Assembly (NCBI GenBank): GCA_965601925.1
Contig: OZ271854.1
Coordinates: 736,001 to 800,000 of the forward strand
Direction of reading: 5' to 3'
DNA length: 64,000 bases
Source: Alkalispirochaeta sp.
GTDB lineage: Bacteria > Spirochaetota > Spirochaetia > DSM-27196 > Alkalispirochaetaceae
The position numbers were made by a program, and so were the translations under genes. This document shows, one piece after another, positions 1 to 10,040 of the stretch. A model generated the notes under the pieces. The model saw only the letters and a program-made list of their open reading frames with translations. It had not been told where the DNA came from and searched no databases. Numbering within the stretch: position 1 is the stretch's first letter; each line of letters opens with the position of its first letter.

Positions 1-2
1 AT

Positions 3-1346
3 ATTCGGTCGATCCGCCTTGATCTCGTCGGCGACGTTCCGAGAACCGTGCAAATCCGATACTTGCGCGAGATGCCGGTGTGGAAAACGAGCTATCGTGC
101 CGTCGTTGATGGGGAGCGTGTGCTGCTTCAGGGGTGGGCGCATCTGGACAATACCGGCACGGTTGACTGGGACGACGTCGAGGTGCATCTTGTATCGGCC
201 TCTCCCGAAACGTACCGGATCGATCTCTATCCGCCGCGCTACGTGAGACGCGCCGTCGTACCGGATCGGCCCGCGGCGGCACCGGAAGGCCTCTCACCGA
301 GTCGACGATCGAACGCCGCGGACGGATTCGCTCAACGTATCGACGAACAGCAGATAACCAATCTGAACCTCGCGGTGCGAGAGAGCGCCGAGGCACACCG
401 GCAACGATCGGGTACGAGTTTCGTTCTCGCCGATCCGGTAACGATCGCACGCGGCGAGTCGGCGATGGTCGGGCTCATCAACCGTTCGTTTCCCGTGGAG
501 ATCATCCGCTCATTCGACCCCACTCGCGATTCCGTCGGTCCGCGCCTGTCGGTCTCGTTCGAGAACGACTCGCCGATTCAACTCCCGGCCGGTCCGGTCA
601 CTATCTATGAGGGCGACCGCTACGCCGGCGACTCGAGCCTGGCGATTCTTCTGCCCGGTGGAAGCGCGACCCTTCCCTACGCCGCGGACCTGGAGCTCAC
701 CGTAGAGAGGGAGACGCGGTCGGCCGTCGAGGAGCTCGAAACCATACGGGTCGTCGACGGTTTGTTGGTAACCGAGCGCCGGGCCAGAGTCAGCACCGTA
801 TATCGTATCCGGGAGACCGGTGAGGCACCGCGTCCCTTTCCCTCGGTACGGATCGCTCACCCGTCGCGACCGGGCTGGGAGTTGGTTTCTCCTACGCCGA
901 TCGAGCGCCGCGCCGATACGGTGGAAATCGAGAGCACGGGAAGGGAGGTCGTCGTCGTGGAAGAGCAGATCCGCGAGCAGCGCTACGCCCTGGGATCGAT
1001 GGCGCGGGACGCCCTCGTCACCTTCAGCAGCAACCGACTGATCGTGCCGCGAGTGCGCCGCATACTGCAAAATGTTCTGCAACTCCGCGACGAACTCGTC
1101 GAGAAGGAACGGGAGCGTCAGGAACTCGAGAGAGAAGAGGGCGCAATTTTCCGCGATCAGGCGCGCATTCGTGAGAATATGGCCAACCTCGATCGGGATT
1201 CTCGTCTGTACCTCCGCTATGTGGCCGATCTATCGGCTCAAGAGACGATGCTGGAGGATCTCGAGGAGAGTCTACGGCTCGCCCGCGAAGCCGAGGAGGC
1301 GGCACGCACCGCCCTCGAGGGGTATCTGCGCTCCCTCGACTCGTGA
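3..1346 (+). CDS. DUF4139-type domain protein, 5'-truncated by the window edge
   Basis: Frame is open from base 3; motifs WKTSYR, LQGWAHLDNTGTVDW..V.LVS and LPAGPVTIY; C-terminal coiled coil DQARIRENM. Confidence 0.75.
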   Translation: MRSIRLDLVGDVPRTVQIRYLREMPVWKTSYRAVVDGERVLLQGWAHLDNTGTVDWDDVEVHLVSASPETYRIDLYPPRYVRRAVVPDRPAAAPEGLSPSRRSNAADGFAQRIDEQQITNLNLAVRESAEAHRQRSGTSFVLADPVTIARGESAMVGLINRSFPVEIIRSFDPTRDSVGPRLSVSFENDSPIQLPAGPVTIYEGDRYAGDSSLAILLPGGSATLPYAADLELTVERETRSAVEELETIRVVDGLLVTERRARVSTVYRIRETGEAPRPFPSVRIAHPSRPGWELVSPTPIERRADTVEIESTGREVVVVEEQIREQRYALGSMARDALVTFSSNRLIVPRVRRILQNVLQLRDELVEKERERQELEREEGAIFRDQARIRENMANLDRDSRLYLRYVADLSAQETMLEDLEESLRLAREAEEAARTALEGYLRSLDS

Positions 1347-1377
1347 CGATAGGCGCGTAAAAGAGGCGAACGCCGTT

Positions 1378-2499
1378 TTATCGACGTATCTCGACGACCG
1401 ACGACGAGTTGTGAACGGCAAGACGGTTCCAGCGCACCAACACGTCGGCGCCCGCGGATAGGTGCTCCAGCGGCCCTCCGGCGACGTGCACGAGAAGCTC
1501 CTCTCCCGACTCTTGCTTCGATTCGTCGGACGCGCGGAGACGAAGGTGCAGGGCGAATACCGAACCGAGATAACGCACATCCACGACCCGAGCGTTAGTC
1601 TCCTCGTCGCGACACGGGCCGCATATGACCGTCAGCTGGTGAGGACGCACGACCGCCAGTCGCTCCCGTCCCGTCTCGTCGGCGGCGACGGTAGCGACCT
1701 CATGGGGAACGGGCCCCAACAGAGAGTGCCACCCGGTGTCGGCCTGTCCGTCGTCGCGATCCGTCCAGATACGCACAAATGAAGCTCCGCCGGAAAACTC
1801 GGCGACCTCACGGCTCGCCGGAGACGCATAAATCTCCTCGGCACTTCCCAACTGTTCCAGGCGGCCCTCCCGCAGCACCGCAATTCGGTCGGACAGGGTG
1901 AAGGCTTCGTATCGATCGTGAGTGACCACTACCGCGGTGGTGCCGCTGGTCTTAATGAGCTGGCGCGTCTCGGCCAGCAGTCGGTGCGTGCACGTATGAT
2001 CAAGATTGCTGAACGGCTCGTCGAGGAGAATGATCTCCGGTTTGGGGGCCAAGGCGCGGGCCAACGCGACCCGTTGCTGTTGGCCGCCGGATATCTCATG
2101 CGGGTAACGCCGCGCCAACTCCGCAATCCCCGCCATATGGAGCAGCTCCGCGGCTCTCAGACGCTGACGCCGCCCCGGCTGCTCCGAAAGTCCGAATGCG
2201 ACGTTCCGCTCGACGGTAAGGTGAGGGAAGAGGGCAAAATCCTGAAACACGACGCCGACATTGCGCCGCTCGGGGGCCAAAAACGTACGATTGTCCGCCA
2301 AGACCCTTCCACCGACGACGATCGATCCGCCGTCGGGACGATCGAAACCCGCGATCAACCTGAGAGTCGTCGTCTTCCCCGAGCCGCTTGCCCCCGCAAG
2401 AGCAACAATCTCTCCGGCGTCGATATCAAGATTGAGGCGGTCGACCGCGGGACGGTTCATCCCCGCAAATCGACGCGTGAGTTCTCGAAGTCGTATCAC
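1378..2499 (-). CDS. fbpC: Fe3+ ABC transporter ATP-binding subunit
   Basis: Walker A GASGSGKT, VFQDFALFPHLTV, signature ISGGQQQRVALARAL, LLDEPFSNLD, TOBE-like C-terminus; overlaps permease stop. Confidence 0.9.
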   Translation of the reverse strand: MIRLRELTRRFAGMNRPAVDRLNLDIDAGEIVALAGASGSGKTTTLRLIAGFDRPDGGSIVVGGRVLADNRTFLAPERRNVGVVFQDFALFPHLTVERNVAFGLSEQPGRRQRLRAAELLHMAGIAELARRYPHEISGGQQQRVALARALAPKPEIILLDEPFSNLDHTCTHRLLAETRQLIKTSGTTAVVVTHDRYEAFTLSDRIAVLREGRLEQLGSAEEIYASPASREVAEFSGGASFVRIWTDRDDGQADTGWHSLLGPVPHEVATVAADETGRERLAVVRPHQLTVICGPCRDEETNARVVDVRYLGSVFALHLRLRASDESKQESGEELLVHVAGGPLEHLSAGADVLVRWNRLAVHNSSSVVEIRR

Positions 2500-4214
2500 T
2501 GAGCGGAAGCTCCTTTCGAGCGTCGTCGCACCGGTCGCATAATAAGTCCTATAGTAAAAATTCCGACGGCGACCAGCAAGAGCGCTCGTGGAGCCGCCTC
2601 AGGCAGACGCTCGTCGGAGGCGAGACGATACACTTCCACCGCCAGCGTGTTGAAATCGAAGGGACGCAGAAGCAGCGTCATCGGGAGATCCTTAATGACG
2701 TCGATCGCGACGATAAGGGCGGCTCCCGCCAGAGTGGGCCGAAAGACCGGCAGCACGACGCGGGCCAGCACATCCGCCGGACGCCGTCCCAGGGAGCGCG
2801 CGGCGTCTACGGTACTCCGATGGTGGCGAGCAAAGGCGGCGTGGAGGGGTTGCATCGCTACCGCCAAATACCGCGCGGTATAGGCAAAGAACAATCCCGC
2901 TACCGATCCGAACAAGAAAAGCCGGTCGCTTACGGCGCTGAGACTTCGAAACACTGCGAGCACACCGATCGCCACAACCGTTCCTGGAACCGCATAGCCA
3001 ATGCGCGCTCCGTGTAACATCGCCTCCGTAGCGCGCCCGGGCCGTAGATAGGCCGCAAAGTTGAGAAGCAGCGCTACAATCAGCATCATGAGGGTGGCCC
3101 CGGCCGCGAGCGCGACCGTACGAGCTGTGGAGGTCAAAATCCCATCGACTCCCGCGCCGCCGATTCCGAGAATCGACCACCATCCGAGTTGCAGAGTCGG
3201 TAAGACGAATCCCGCCGTCGGCGGTATGACGAGGATCACGACGAAGACCACTCGCTTTAAGGGGCCAACGAACTTTCGCCGCGGGAGGGCGCCGGCTGCG
3301 GCGGTATAGCGGCGGCGCCCCCGTAAATACTGTTCGGCTACGATAAGCCCCAGCATGGAAAGAAGCACAAACGCCGCGAGCGTCGTTGCGGTTTCCAGAT
3401 CGCCCAAACCGAACCACGTGCGAAACACTCCGGTCGAAAGCGTCTCGACTCCCAGATACACCGGCGTCGCGTATGAGTTCATGACTTCCATCGCGACCAG
3501 ACTCGCGCCGCCCACGATCGCCGGACGCAGCGACGGAAAGACGCCGCGCCGGAGGCGTCGCCAGTAGTGGAGGCGATCGACGACGCCAACGAGCAACACG
3601 CCGAGTCCGACTCGCGCCGACGACATTCCTCGTATATCCCGCAGACGGTACGATTCTTGGGAGGGTTGGGCGCCGAGCGGCGATACCCTACTCGCCGTCG
3701 CGCCGCTTAGCGCCGCGACGACCTCGAATAGGACGCGGGAGTTCCCCATGAGCGCGCCGCGGACGGTCAGATACACGTAGGGATACAGGCCGGTACTCAG
3801 AATAAACACCGCCGCCGGCCAACCCGAGAAGGGGATGATCCGTCCGACGAGGCGACTCACCGGCCCGCCGAAGCCCAGTATGCCTCCCCACGTGAAGGTG
3901 CTGATGTACACCGGCAACGCCAGGGGAGCAACCACCAGTATCTCGAGGATACGCCGCCCCGGAATCTCGTACCGTTCCAGAATCCAGGCTCCGGCGACTC
4001 CCAATGAAGTGGCAAACAGGACCGAGAGTCCGACGAGAATCACCGTATTTCCGATGTATCGGAGCAATACGGTGTCTCGTACGTGGTCCCAGCTCTCGCC
4101 GCCGCCCGAAAATAGGCTTCCGGCGAGGGGAATGTAGGGAGTCAGGAGAACCGCCGTGATGCAAAAAGCGGCCGCCGTCCACCACGGATAGCGACCGCTG
4201 TCTGAGAGACCCAT
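2496..4214 (-). CDS. fbpB: Fe3+ ABC transporter permease (two fused halves)
   Basis: Multi-TM; LYPYVYL, DAARSLG, KDLPMTLLLRPFDFNTLA motifs typical of iron(III) permeases. Confidence 0.9.
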   Translation of the reverse strand: MGLSDSGRYPWWTAAAFCITAVLLTPYIPLAGSLFSGGGESWDHVRDTVLLRYIGNTVILVGLSVLFATSLGVAGAWILERYEIPGRRILEILVVAPLALPVYISTFTWGGILGFGGPVSRLVGRIIPFSGWPAAVFILSTGLYPYVYLTVRGALMGNSRVLFEVVAALSGATASRVSPLGAQPSQESYRLRDIRGMSSARVGLGVLLVGVVDRLHYWRRLRRGVFPSLRPAIVGGASLVAMEVMNSYATPVYLGVETLSTGVFRTWFGLGDLETATTLAAFVLLSMLGLIVAEQYLRGRRRYTAAAGALPRRKFVGPLKRVVFVVILVIPPTAGFVLPTLQLGWWSILGIGGAGVDGILTSTARTVALAAGATLMMLIVALLLNFAAYLRPGRATEAMLHGARIGYAVPGTVVAIGVLAVFRSLSAVSDRLFLFGSVAGLFFAYTARYLAVAMQPLHAAFARHHRSTVDAARSLGRRPADVLARVVLPVFRPTLAGAALIVAIDVIKDLPMTLLLRPFDFNTLAVEVYRLASDERLPEAAPRALLLVAVGIFTIGLIMRPVRRRSKGASAQ

Positions 4215-4219
4215 ACGGT

Positions 4220-5302
4220 CTACTGCCAGCCGACCTCGTCAAAGATCATCGTTGCCCGGCGTGCATTTGCTCCGAGAGCTTCCAATGACAGTGTGTCCGC
4301 CACGAACTCTCCCCAAGCCGCCACTTCCGGGGCCAGAGCGATCCCGTCGCGCACCGGATACTCGTAGTTGGCCCGGGCAAAGAGGCCCTGCGCCTCGTCG
4401 CCGAGCAGGAACTCGAGGAGCTGAACCGCTCCGTCGACATTGTCGGCGTGGCGCGTCACACCGGCCCCGCTGATGTTGATGTGCGTACCGCGTTCGCTTC
4501 CTCCGGAACCGGGTTGGTTGGGAAAGAAGACACCGACCCGTCGCGCGACTTCGACCTCCGCAGGATCGGTGGAGGTGAGCATCCGTCCGACGTAGTAGGT
4601 GTTCACGACCGCAAAGTCCGCCTCACCGCCGGCGACCGCTCGCAGTTGATCGCGATCGTTTCCTTGGGGGGCGCGGGCGAAACTGCGCGTCATGCTCTGC
4701 GCCCAATCGAGTGCGGCATCTTCACCGAGGTTGGCAATGATGGAGGAGAGGAGAGAGATGTTGTAGATGTTGCTCGACGACCGAATGGCGATCGACCCTT
4801 CAAACTCGTCGCCGGTCAGCGCTTCGTAGGTTGAGAGCATCGAACGATCGGCGCGCTCCTGGTGATAGGCGATGATGCGCGCTCGGATAGTGAGGGCGTA
4901 CCACTCCCCATCGGGATCGCGTAAGTGCTCGGGGAGAAGCGAATCGACGGTTTCCGACTCGATCGACTGGAGCAGGTCCTGCTCCGCCGCCTGATAGAGT
5001 CGCCCCGCGTCGACGGTAATCAACAGATCCGCCGGCGTGTTCTCGCCTTCGGCCGCTAAGCGCTGAATCAACTCGTCGGCGCCCGCCTCGACCACCTGAA
5101 CCTCGATACCGGTCAGCTCTTCGAAGCGATCGAAGAGCGCCTGATCGGTATCGTAGTGGCGGTGAGAATAGACGTGGACGACATTCGCCTCCTCTTCTTG
5201 TCCGCCGCCGGCGAATATATGAAGCGGAGCAAGCAGTAGCACCAAAACCGCGATCAAAGCGGAAGATATACGCCTACTCTGCGTTGTGTTGAGAAAAAAC
5301 AT
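4220..5302 (-). CDS. fbpA: Fe3+ ABC transporter substrate-binding protein (FutA/FbpA type)
   Basis: VYSHRHY, PADLLITVDAGRL, RSSSNIYN, NTYY iron-ligand tyrosines, NYEYPV; signal peptide; AGGAG RBS. Confidence 0.92.
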   Translation of the reverse strand: MFFLNTTQSRRISSALIAVLVLLLAPLHIFAGGGQEEEANVVHVYSHRHYDTDQALFDRFEELTGIEVQVVEAGADELIQRLAAEGENTPADLLITVDAGRLYQAAEQDLLQSIESETVDSLLPEHLRDPDGEWYALTIRARIIAYHQERADRSMLSTYEALTGDEFEGSIAIRSSSNIYNISLLSSIIANLGEDAALDWAQSMTRSFARAPQGNDRDQLRAVAGGEADFAVVNTYYVGRMLTSTDPAEVEVARRVGVFFPNQPGSGGSERGTHINISGAGVTRHADNVDGAVQLLEFLLGDEAQGLFARANYEYPVRDGIALAPEVAAWGEFVADTLSLEALGANARRATMIFDEVGWQ

Positions 5303-5323
5303 GGTGAAGCTCCTTAGGCATTG

Positions 5324-5337
5324 TTAGTCTTGGCTAA
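5324..5337. promoter_or_regulatory. Putative DtxR/IdeR-family metal-responsive operator
   Basis: TTAGtcttggCTAA inverted repeat in AT-rich DNA about 20 bp upstream of the iron-uptake operon. Confidence 0.5.
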
Positions 5338-5444
5338 TAATTATAACACAAACCTAACTCAGTCAAGCCTCCGGGTAGAAAAGATCCACCGTGGTGTGCC
5401 CGAGACGGTGTGATATGCATCATTGTCGTATCGATATCTTTTTC

Positions 5445-5473
5445 TTGACACGCCGTCACAACAATGGTACCGT
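5445..5473 (+). promoter_or_regulatory. sigma70-type promoter of the DedA-family gene
   Basis: TTGACA-17 bp-TACCGT with extended TGn; flanked by two GTATCGATAT copies (5428-5437, 5480-5489). Confidence 0.6.
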
Positions 5474-5537
5474 TCCGATGTATCGATATTGTTCCCAATA
5501 TCACAATAAAACTCCCTAACTCATGAAGGAGACTCTT

Positions 5538-6305
5538 ATGTCGCGCACGTCGATAATCAAAGCGACCGTAGCGGTGGTTCTCATCGCCGGTCTAATCGTA
5601 CTTGGAAGAGTATTCGATGTTCCCACGTATCTACGCCAAGCGATGCTTTGGATCGACGGGCTCGGATTCGTCGGAGTATTCGTATTCATAGCGTTGTACG
5701 CTACGACCACGGTACTGCTTGTACCCGGAACGATACCGACCTTGGCGGCGGGCGCGATCTTCGGCCTCGCACAAGGAGCCGTGTACGTCTCGTTGGGGAG
5801 TACGATCGGCGCGACTCTGGCGTTTTTCGTCGGTCGCTATCTCGCTCGTGACGCCGTCGCCGGAGCGGTCGGCAAGAACCCGCGCTTTGCCGCGATCGAT
5901 GAGGCGATCGGACGCGAGGGCTGGAAGATCGTCGGCCTCCTCAGGCTCTCGCCCGTGGTACCGTTTAGCCTCTCGAACTACTTCTACGGCATCACCAGCG
6001 TAAAGCCCGCCGGCTATGTGCTATCGTCGTGGATCGGCATGATGCCGGGTACGATCATGTACGTATACATCGGCACGCTTCTCGGCATGGCGGCGACCGG
6101 TGGCGGTCAGGACGGTATGACAACGGGCCAGTGGATCATGACCATCGTCGGCTTAGCGGCAACGGTCGTCGTGACCGTCTTCATTACCCGCGTCGCAAAG
6201 AAAGCGATCGATGAGAAGATGGGCGGCTCAAGCGACGCCGCCGTAGCCACCGGCATGGCGGCCGAGAGCAGCGCCGAATCCCAGGATTCCAAGATCAAAG
6301 CGTAA
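5538..6305 (+). CDS. TVP38/TMEM64 (DedA superfamily) membrane protein
   Basis: LLVPGTIPTLAAGAIFG, GATLAFFVGRY, LLRLSPVVPFSLSNY; start placed at the ATG after AAGGAGA. Confidence 0.88.
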   Translation: MSRTSIIKATVAVVLIAGLIVLGRVFDVPTYLRQAMLWIDGLGFVGVFVFIALYATTTVLLVPGTIPTLAAGAIFGLAQGAVYVSLGSTIGATLAFFVGRYLARDAVAGAVGKNPRFAAIDEAIGREGWKIVGLLRLSPVVPFSLSNYFYGITSVKPAGYVLSSWIGMMPGTIMYVYIGTLLGMAATGGGQDGMTTGQWIMTIVGLAATVVVTVFITRVAKKAIDEKMGGSSDAAVATGMAAESSAESQDSKIKA

Positions 6306-6322
6306 CCCCAAAGAGGTACGCC

Positions 6323-7117
6323 CTACATCGCCTTCCAGAACTTATAGTTGGTCTTTTCAATATCCCGATGCGGCGGCATCCGAAAGAAACGATACTCGCC
6401 GTGCCGGGCAAACATGAATCCGTGTCGCACCATGCGATACGGAATGGTGTCGAAGCTGGAGTCCAGCAGGAGCCCCTTCGTCTTCTTTCGTAGCGAGCTG
6501 GACAGCTCGCCGAGCGCGTCGCGCAATTTGGACGGATGTACCTTGGGCACCGGGGGCGGTAGCATCGGATTGAGTTCGAAGTCGGTCAAAAAAGCATCGG
6601 CGTCAAACTCCAGTTGGGTATAGAAGAGCGCCGGCACGTTGCGCAACACCGACGGATTGGTAACGAGGTCTCCGAACTCCAGAAAGTTCATGCGCGTGAG
6701 CACGAGCATACGCACGGGGTTGATCTCGGCAAAGATACGCACCAATCCGGGTTGTCGCGTCTGCACCTCCTCGCTCGCCTCCAAGGCCAGGGTCGCCGCT
6801 TCGGGTGTCGTTAGGTAGAGCTTCCTGATACGCGAGAAGTCCAGATGCTCCAGGACGCGGTAGACGCTGATGAACTTCGTCGCCTTGGGTCGCCCGTCCT
6901 CATGGGGAACGACGTCCTTCATGAACTCATCGATATGAAAGTATTCGTGGTTGAAGTCGGAATCGAGTTGGGCAAAGATCACCTTGCCCGAGTAGTGACG
7001 GATTGAACCGGCGAGATAGTGACGGGCGAAGCGATCCGGTTCCAATTGCGAAGCGATCAGCGCCGGACTGGGGTGCATAATCGCGTATAGGTGTGTTTCG
7101 TAATGATCGCGACCCAT
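6323..7117 (-). CDS. Hypothetical soluble protein, tightly coupled downstream of hppA
   Basis: 264-aa ORF with globular composition, 2 bp after hppA stop, GGAGG RBS inside hppA end. Confidence 0.75.
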   Translation of the reverse strand: MGRDHYETHLYAIMHPSPALIASQLEPDRFARHYLAGSIRHYSGKVIFAQLDSDFNHEYFHIDEFMKDVVPHEDGRPKATKFISVYRVLEHLDFSRIRKLYLTTPEAATLALEASEEVQTRQPGLVRIFAEINPVRMLVLTRMNFLEFGDLVTNPSVLRNVPALFYTQLEFDADAFLTDFELNPMLPPPVPKVHPSKLRDALGELSSSLRKKTKGLLLDSSFDTIPYRMVRHGFMFARHGEYRFFRMPPHRDIEKTNYKFWKAM

Positions 7118-7119
7118 AA

Positions 7120-9180
7120 TCAGCCTCCCATCCTCAGAATCGGCGCGATCACGAGCGCCACGACGGACATCAACTTGACGAGGATATTGATCGCGGGGCC
7201 CGCGGTGTCCTTAAACGGGTCGCCGACGGTATCGCCGACCACTGCGGCCTTGTGCGCGTCGCTCCCCCGGCCGCCGGCCTCTCCCGCCTCGATCATCTTT
7301 TTCGCGTTGTCCCACGCGCCGCCGGAGTTCGCCATGAAGATCGCAAGCACCACCCCCGCGGCGGTCACGCCGACGAGAAGCCCGACCAACATGTCGATAC
7401 CGCCGGCAAAACCGACCAACACGGGGGTACCGACGGCGATGAAACCGGGAAGACGCATCTGCTCCAACGCGGATCCCGTCGAGATCGCGATACAACGATC
7501 GTAATCCGGCGATTCGTCGCCGTCCAGTATCGCCGGCGTCTCTTTGAACTGTCGCCGCACTTCCTCGATCATCTGAAAAGCGGCGGTTCCGATCGCGTTC
7601 ATCGCGAGGGCGCTGAACAGGTACGGAATCACGGCTCCGATGAGCACGCCGATGAGTACGTTAACGTTGGTCAGATCGATCGACGCGACGCCGGCCGATT
7701 CGCGGAAGCTGGAGAGCAGAATAATCGCCGTGAGAGCCGCCGAGCCGATGGCAAAGCCCTTACCGACCGCCGCGGTCGTGTTGCCGACACTATCGAGCTC
7801 GTCGGTGATGTCCCGCACCTCCGACGGAAAGTCGCTCATCACCGCCAGGCCGCCGGCGTTGTCGGCGATCGGCCCGTATGCGTCGACGGAGAGCTGTACC
7901 CCGAGGGTGACGAGCATCCCGACCGCCGAGGTGGCGACGCCGTACAGTCCGGCAAAGCTATGGCTGGCGAAGATCGTTATCGCAATGAGGGCGATGGGAA
8001 AGAGTGCCGAGAGCATGCCGATGCCCATGCCGGTAATGATCGTCGTCGCCGGCCCGGTAATCGCCGAGCGTACGATCGCCTTTACGGGGCGCTTACCGGT
8101 GCCGGTAAAGAGCTCGGTCACCGCACCGATACCCATACCGGTCACCAGTCCGAAGAGGACCGACCAATAGATGCCCCACATAGAGACTCCGGCGGGCATC
8201 ACCGATCGACCGAAGAGCGCAACCAACAACGGAATCGCACCGAGGGCGGCAAGGAGCGCCGCAGCGAAGCTACCGAGGTTGAGCGCCGCCTGGGGTGATC
8301 GCTTTCCACCGGTACGAACCATGAATATACCGACCGCGGAGGCGAGCATACCGATGACGCTCAACCCGATTGGAAAGACCATCAGGCGCACCTTGATGTC
8401 GTAGTCGGCCTCAACCGCAAAGGCGAGGATCATTGCACCGACCAAGGACCCGACGAAGGATTCGAAGAGGTCGGCGCCCATGCCGGCCACGTCCCCCACG
8501 TTGTCGCCCACATTATCGGCGATCGTGGCCGGGTTGCGCGGGTCGTCTTCGGGAATGCCGGCCTCTACTTTGCCCACCAAATCGGCACCGATGTCGGCGG
8601 CCTTGGTAAAGATGCCGCCGCCGACCCTGGCAAAGAGGGCGATCGAGGAGGCGCCCAGACTGAAGCCGCTCATTACCGGGAGAACGGTCGTGACCATCGC
8701 GGTCTCGTCGGCGCCGATTCGATTCACACCGATCCATAGCACCACCGAGACGCCTGCAAGCACCAAACCGACGACACTCATGCCCATGACCGCGCCGCCG
8801 GAAAAGGCGAGACGGAGCGCCGGGTCCATACCGCTCAAGGCCGCGTGGGTAGTGCGCACGTTACTCTGCGTCGCAATGCGCATGCCGAAAAAACCGGCCG
8901 CCGCGCTTGCCACGGCTCCGATCAAAAACGAGACCGCCTGTAGGCGCAGGTATCCGTCGTTTCCGATGTAGAGGAAGGCCGCCACGACGATGACGAAGGG
9001 TGCCAACGCCTGATACTCTTTGTTGAGAAAGGTCATCGCCCCACTACGTACAAATCCGCCGATCCGCTTCAATCGCTCGCTCTCGACGTCCTGCTTGAGA
9101 ATCCACCGGGCGCGGCCGGCGGCAAAGAGCAACGCGAAGCACCCCCCGACCAGCCCAACGACAATTGCTACGGTGATCAT
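7120..9180 (-). CDS. hppA: Membrane-integral pyrophosphatase, K+-dependent, probably Na+-translocating
   Basis: [35 protein letters not shown] (Ala = K+-dependent), [21 protein letters not shown]. Confidence 0.95.
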   Translation of the reverse strand: MITVAIVVGLVGGCFALLFAAGRARWILKQDVESERLKRIGGFVRSGAMTFLNKEYQALAPFVIVVAAFLYIGNDGYLRLQAVSFLIGAVASAAAGFFGMRIATQSNVRTTHAALSGMDPALRLAFSGGAVMGMSVVGLVLAGVSVVLWIGVNRIGADETAMVTTVLPVMSGFSLGASSIALFARVGGGIFTKAADIGADLVGKVEAGIPEDDPRNPATIADNVGDNVGDVAGMGADLFESFVGSLVGAMILAFAVEADYDIKVRLMVFPIGLSVIGMLASAVGIFMVRTGGKRSPQAALNLGSFAAALLAALGAIPLLVALFGRSVMPAGVSMWGIYWSVLFGLVTGMGIGAVTELFTGTGKRPVKAIVRSAITGPATTIITGMGIGMLSALFPIALIAITIFASHSFAGLYGVATSAVGMLVTLGVQLSVDAYGPIADNAGGLAVMSDFPSEVRDITDELDSVGNTTAAVGKGFAIGSAALTAIILLSSFRESAGVASIDLTNVNVLIGVLIGAVIPYLFSALAMNAIGTAAFQMIEEVRRQFKETPAILDGDESPDYDRCIAISTGSALEQMRLPGFIAVGTPVLVGFAGGIDMLVGLLVGVTAAGVVLAIFMANSGGAWDNAKKMIEAGEAGGRGSDAHKAAVVGDTVGDPFKDTAGPAINILVKLMSVVALVIAPILRMGG

Positions 9181-9188
9181 GGTATTTC

Positions 9189-9217
9189 AAGCTACCTCGC
9201 ACGCTACGAGGGGGCAA
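9189..9217 (-). promoter_or_regulatory. sigma70-type promoter of hppA (leaderless geometry)
   Basis: TTGCCC-17 bp-TAGCTT on minus strand, 8 nt before ATG. Confidence 0.5.
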
Positions 9218-9299
9218 GCAAAATGCTATACCGCGAGGAAATGTAATCGGTTAATCAGCCGACGGGTGGTAAAAGAGAGTCGGAGCGACGGGGATCGGA

Positions 9300-10019
9300 T
9301 CAATTCTCCGGTGCTTGGGAGGTATCCGCCGAGGAAGGCTCCTCGTCGCCGGCGGACTCAATGGAATCGAGCCACCGAGCAACGGTGCCGGACGTCGTCG
9401 CGACCGTGCCCGGCTTCGGAATGATGAAGAGGTAGGCCCGTTCGCGGTGCGGCACGAGCGCTGCATGGCGGAGCGTTCCCGGCTCCGAGAGATCATCCAT
9501 GAGGCGATGCATCCACGCGCGCGATCGCTCGGACGAGCTGTACAACAAGAACGCGCGCTCCCCCCACCGGAGCTCTTCGCGATCGAGGCTCTCGGCGTTT
9601 TCGATCGAGTTGCCCATGGTCTTTGAGAAGCGCGCTTCGATGAGATGCGCCTCCTCGCGTATCCGTTTACCGCGCTTATTGAACTCAAAGGTCATCTGCA
9701 TTCGATCGAACCGACGCACCAGGAGTGAGAAGGGGAGATAGAGCCAGCTCTGGCGCGGTAACAACGTGATGGTGATGTCGACTTTGCGTACGGTGCGAAT
9801 GTTTCCCGGTACGATCGTCGCGTGGAAACCGGTCTGCCCGCCGATGTTGGTAAACTGCTGGTCACGCGCCTTGAACACTTCTAAGAGCGGATCGAGCGCA
9901 TTGACCAACACCCGTCGATTCCACCGCCGTCCCCAACTGTATCCCAGGGTCAGGACGATGGTAAGCGAGACGAGAAAGTAGAACGCGGGCTGGTATATGA
10001 TCTCTTCGTACGCGAACAT
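9300..10019 (-). CDS. Single-pass membrane protein of unknown function (CCDC47-like by eye); paralog of 13167-13832
   Basis: N-terminal TM then GRRWNRR, TLLPRQSWLYLP..L..RFD; GGAGGAGG RBS; directly after arsA-like gene. Confidence 0.8.
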   Translation of the reverse strand: MFAYEEIIYQPAFYFLVSLTIVLTLGYSWGRRWNRRVLVNALDPLLEVFKARDQQFTNIGGQTGFHATIVPGNIRTVRKVDITITLLPRQSWLYLPFSLLVRRFDRMQMTFEFNKRGKRIREEAHLIEARFSKTMGNSIENAESLDREELRWGERAFLLYSSSERSRAWMHRLMDDLSEPGTLRHAALVPHRERAYLFIIPKPGTVATTSGTVARWLDSIESAGDEEPSSADTSQAPEN

Positions 10020-10040
10020 GGGTCCTCCTCCGACCGTCGA

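Noticed and set aside
7252..8971. Long plus-strand ORFs opposite hppA (and similar shadows at 21157-21984, 40812-41858, 61347-62078)
   Set aside because: Antisense or alternate-frame artefacts of high-GC coding sequence, no motifs
7120..10019. hppA as part of the cstA-ATPase operon
   Set aside because: 119-bp gap contains its own plausible promoter (TTGCCC-17-TAGCTT)
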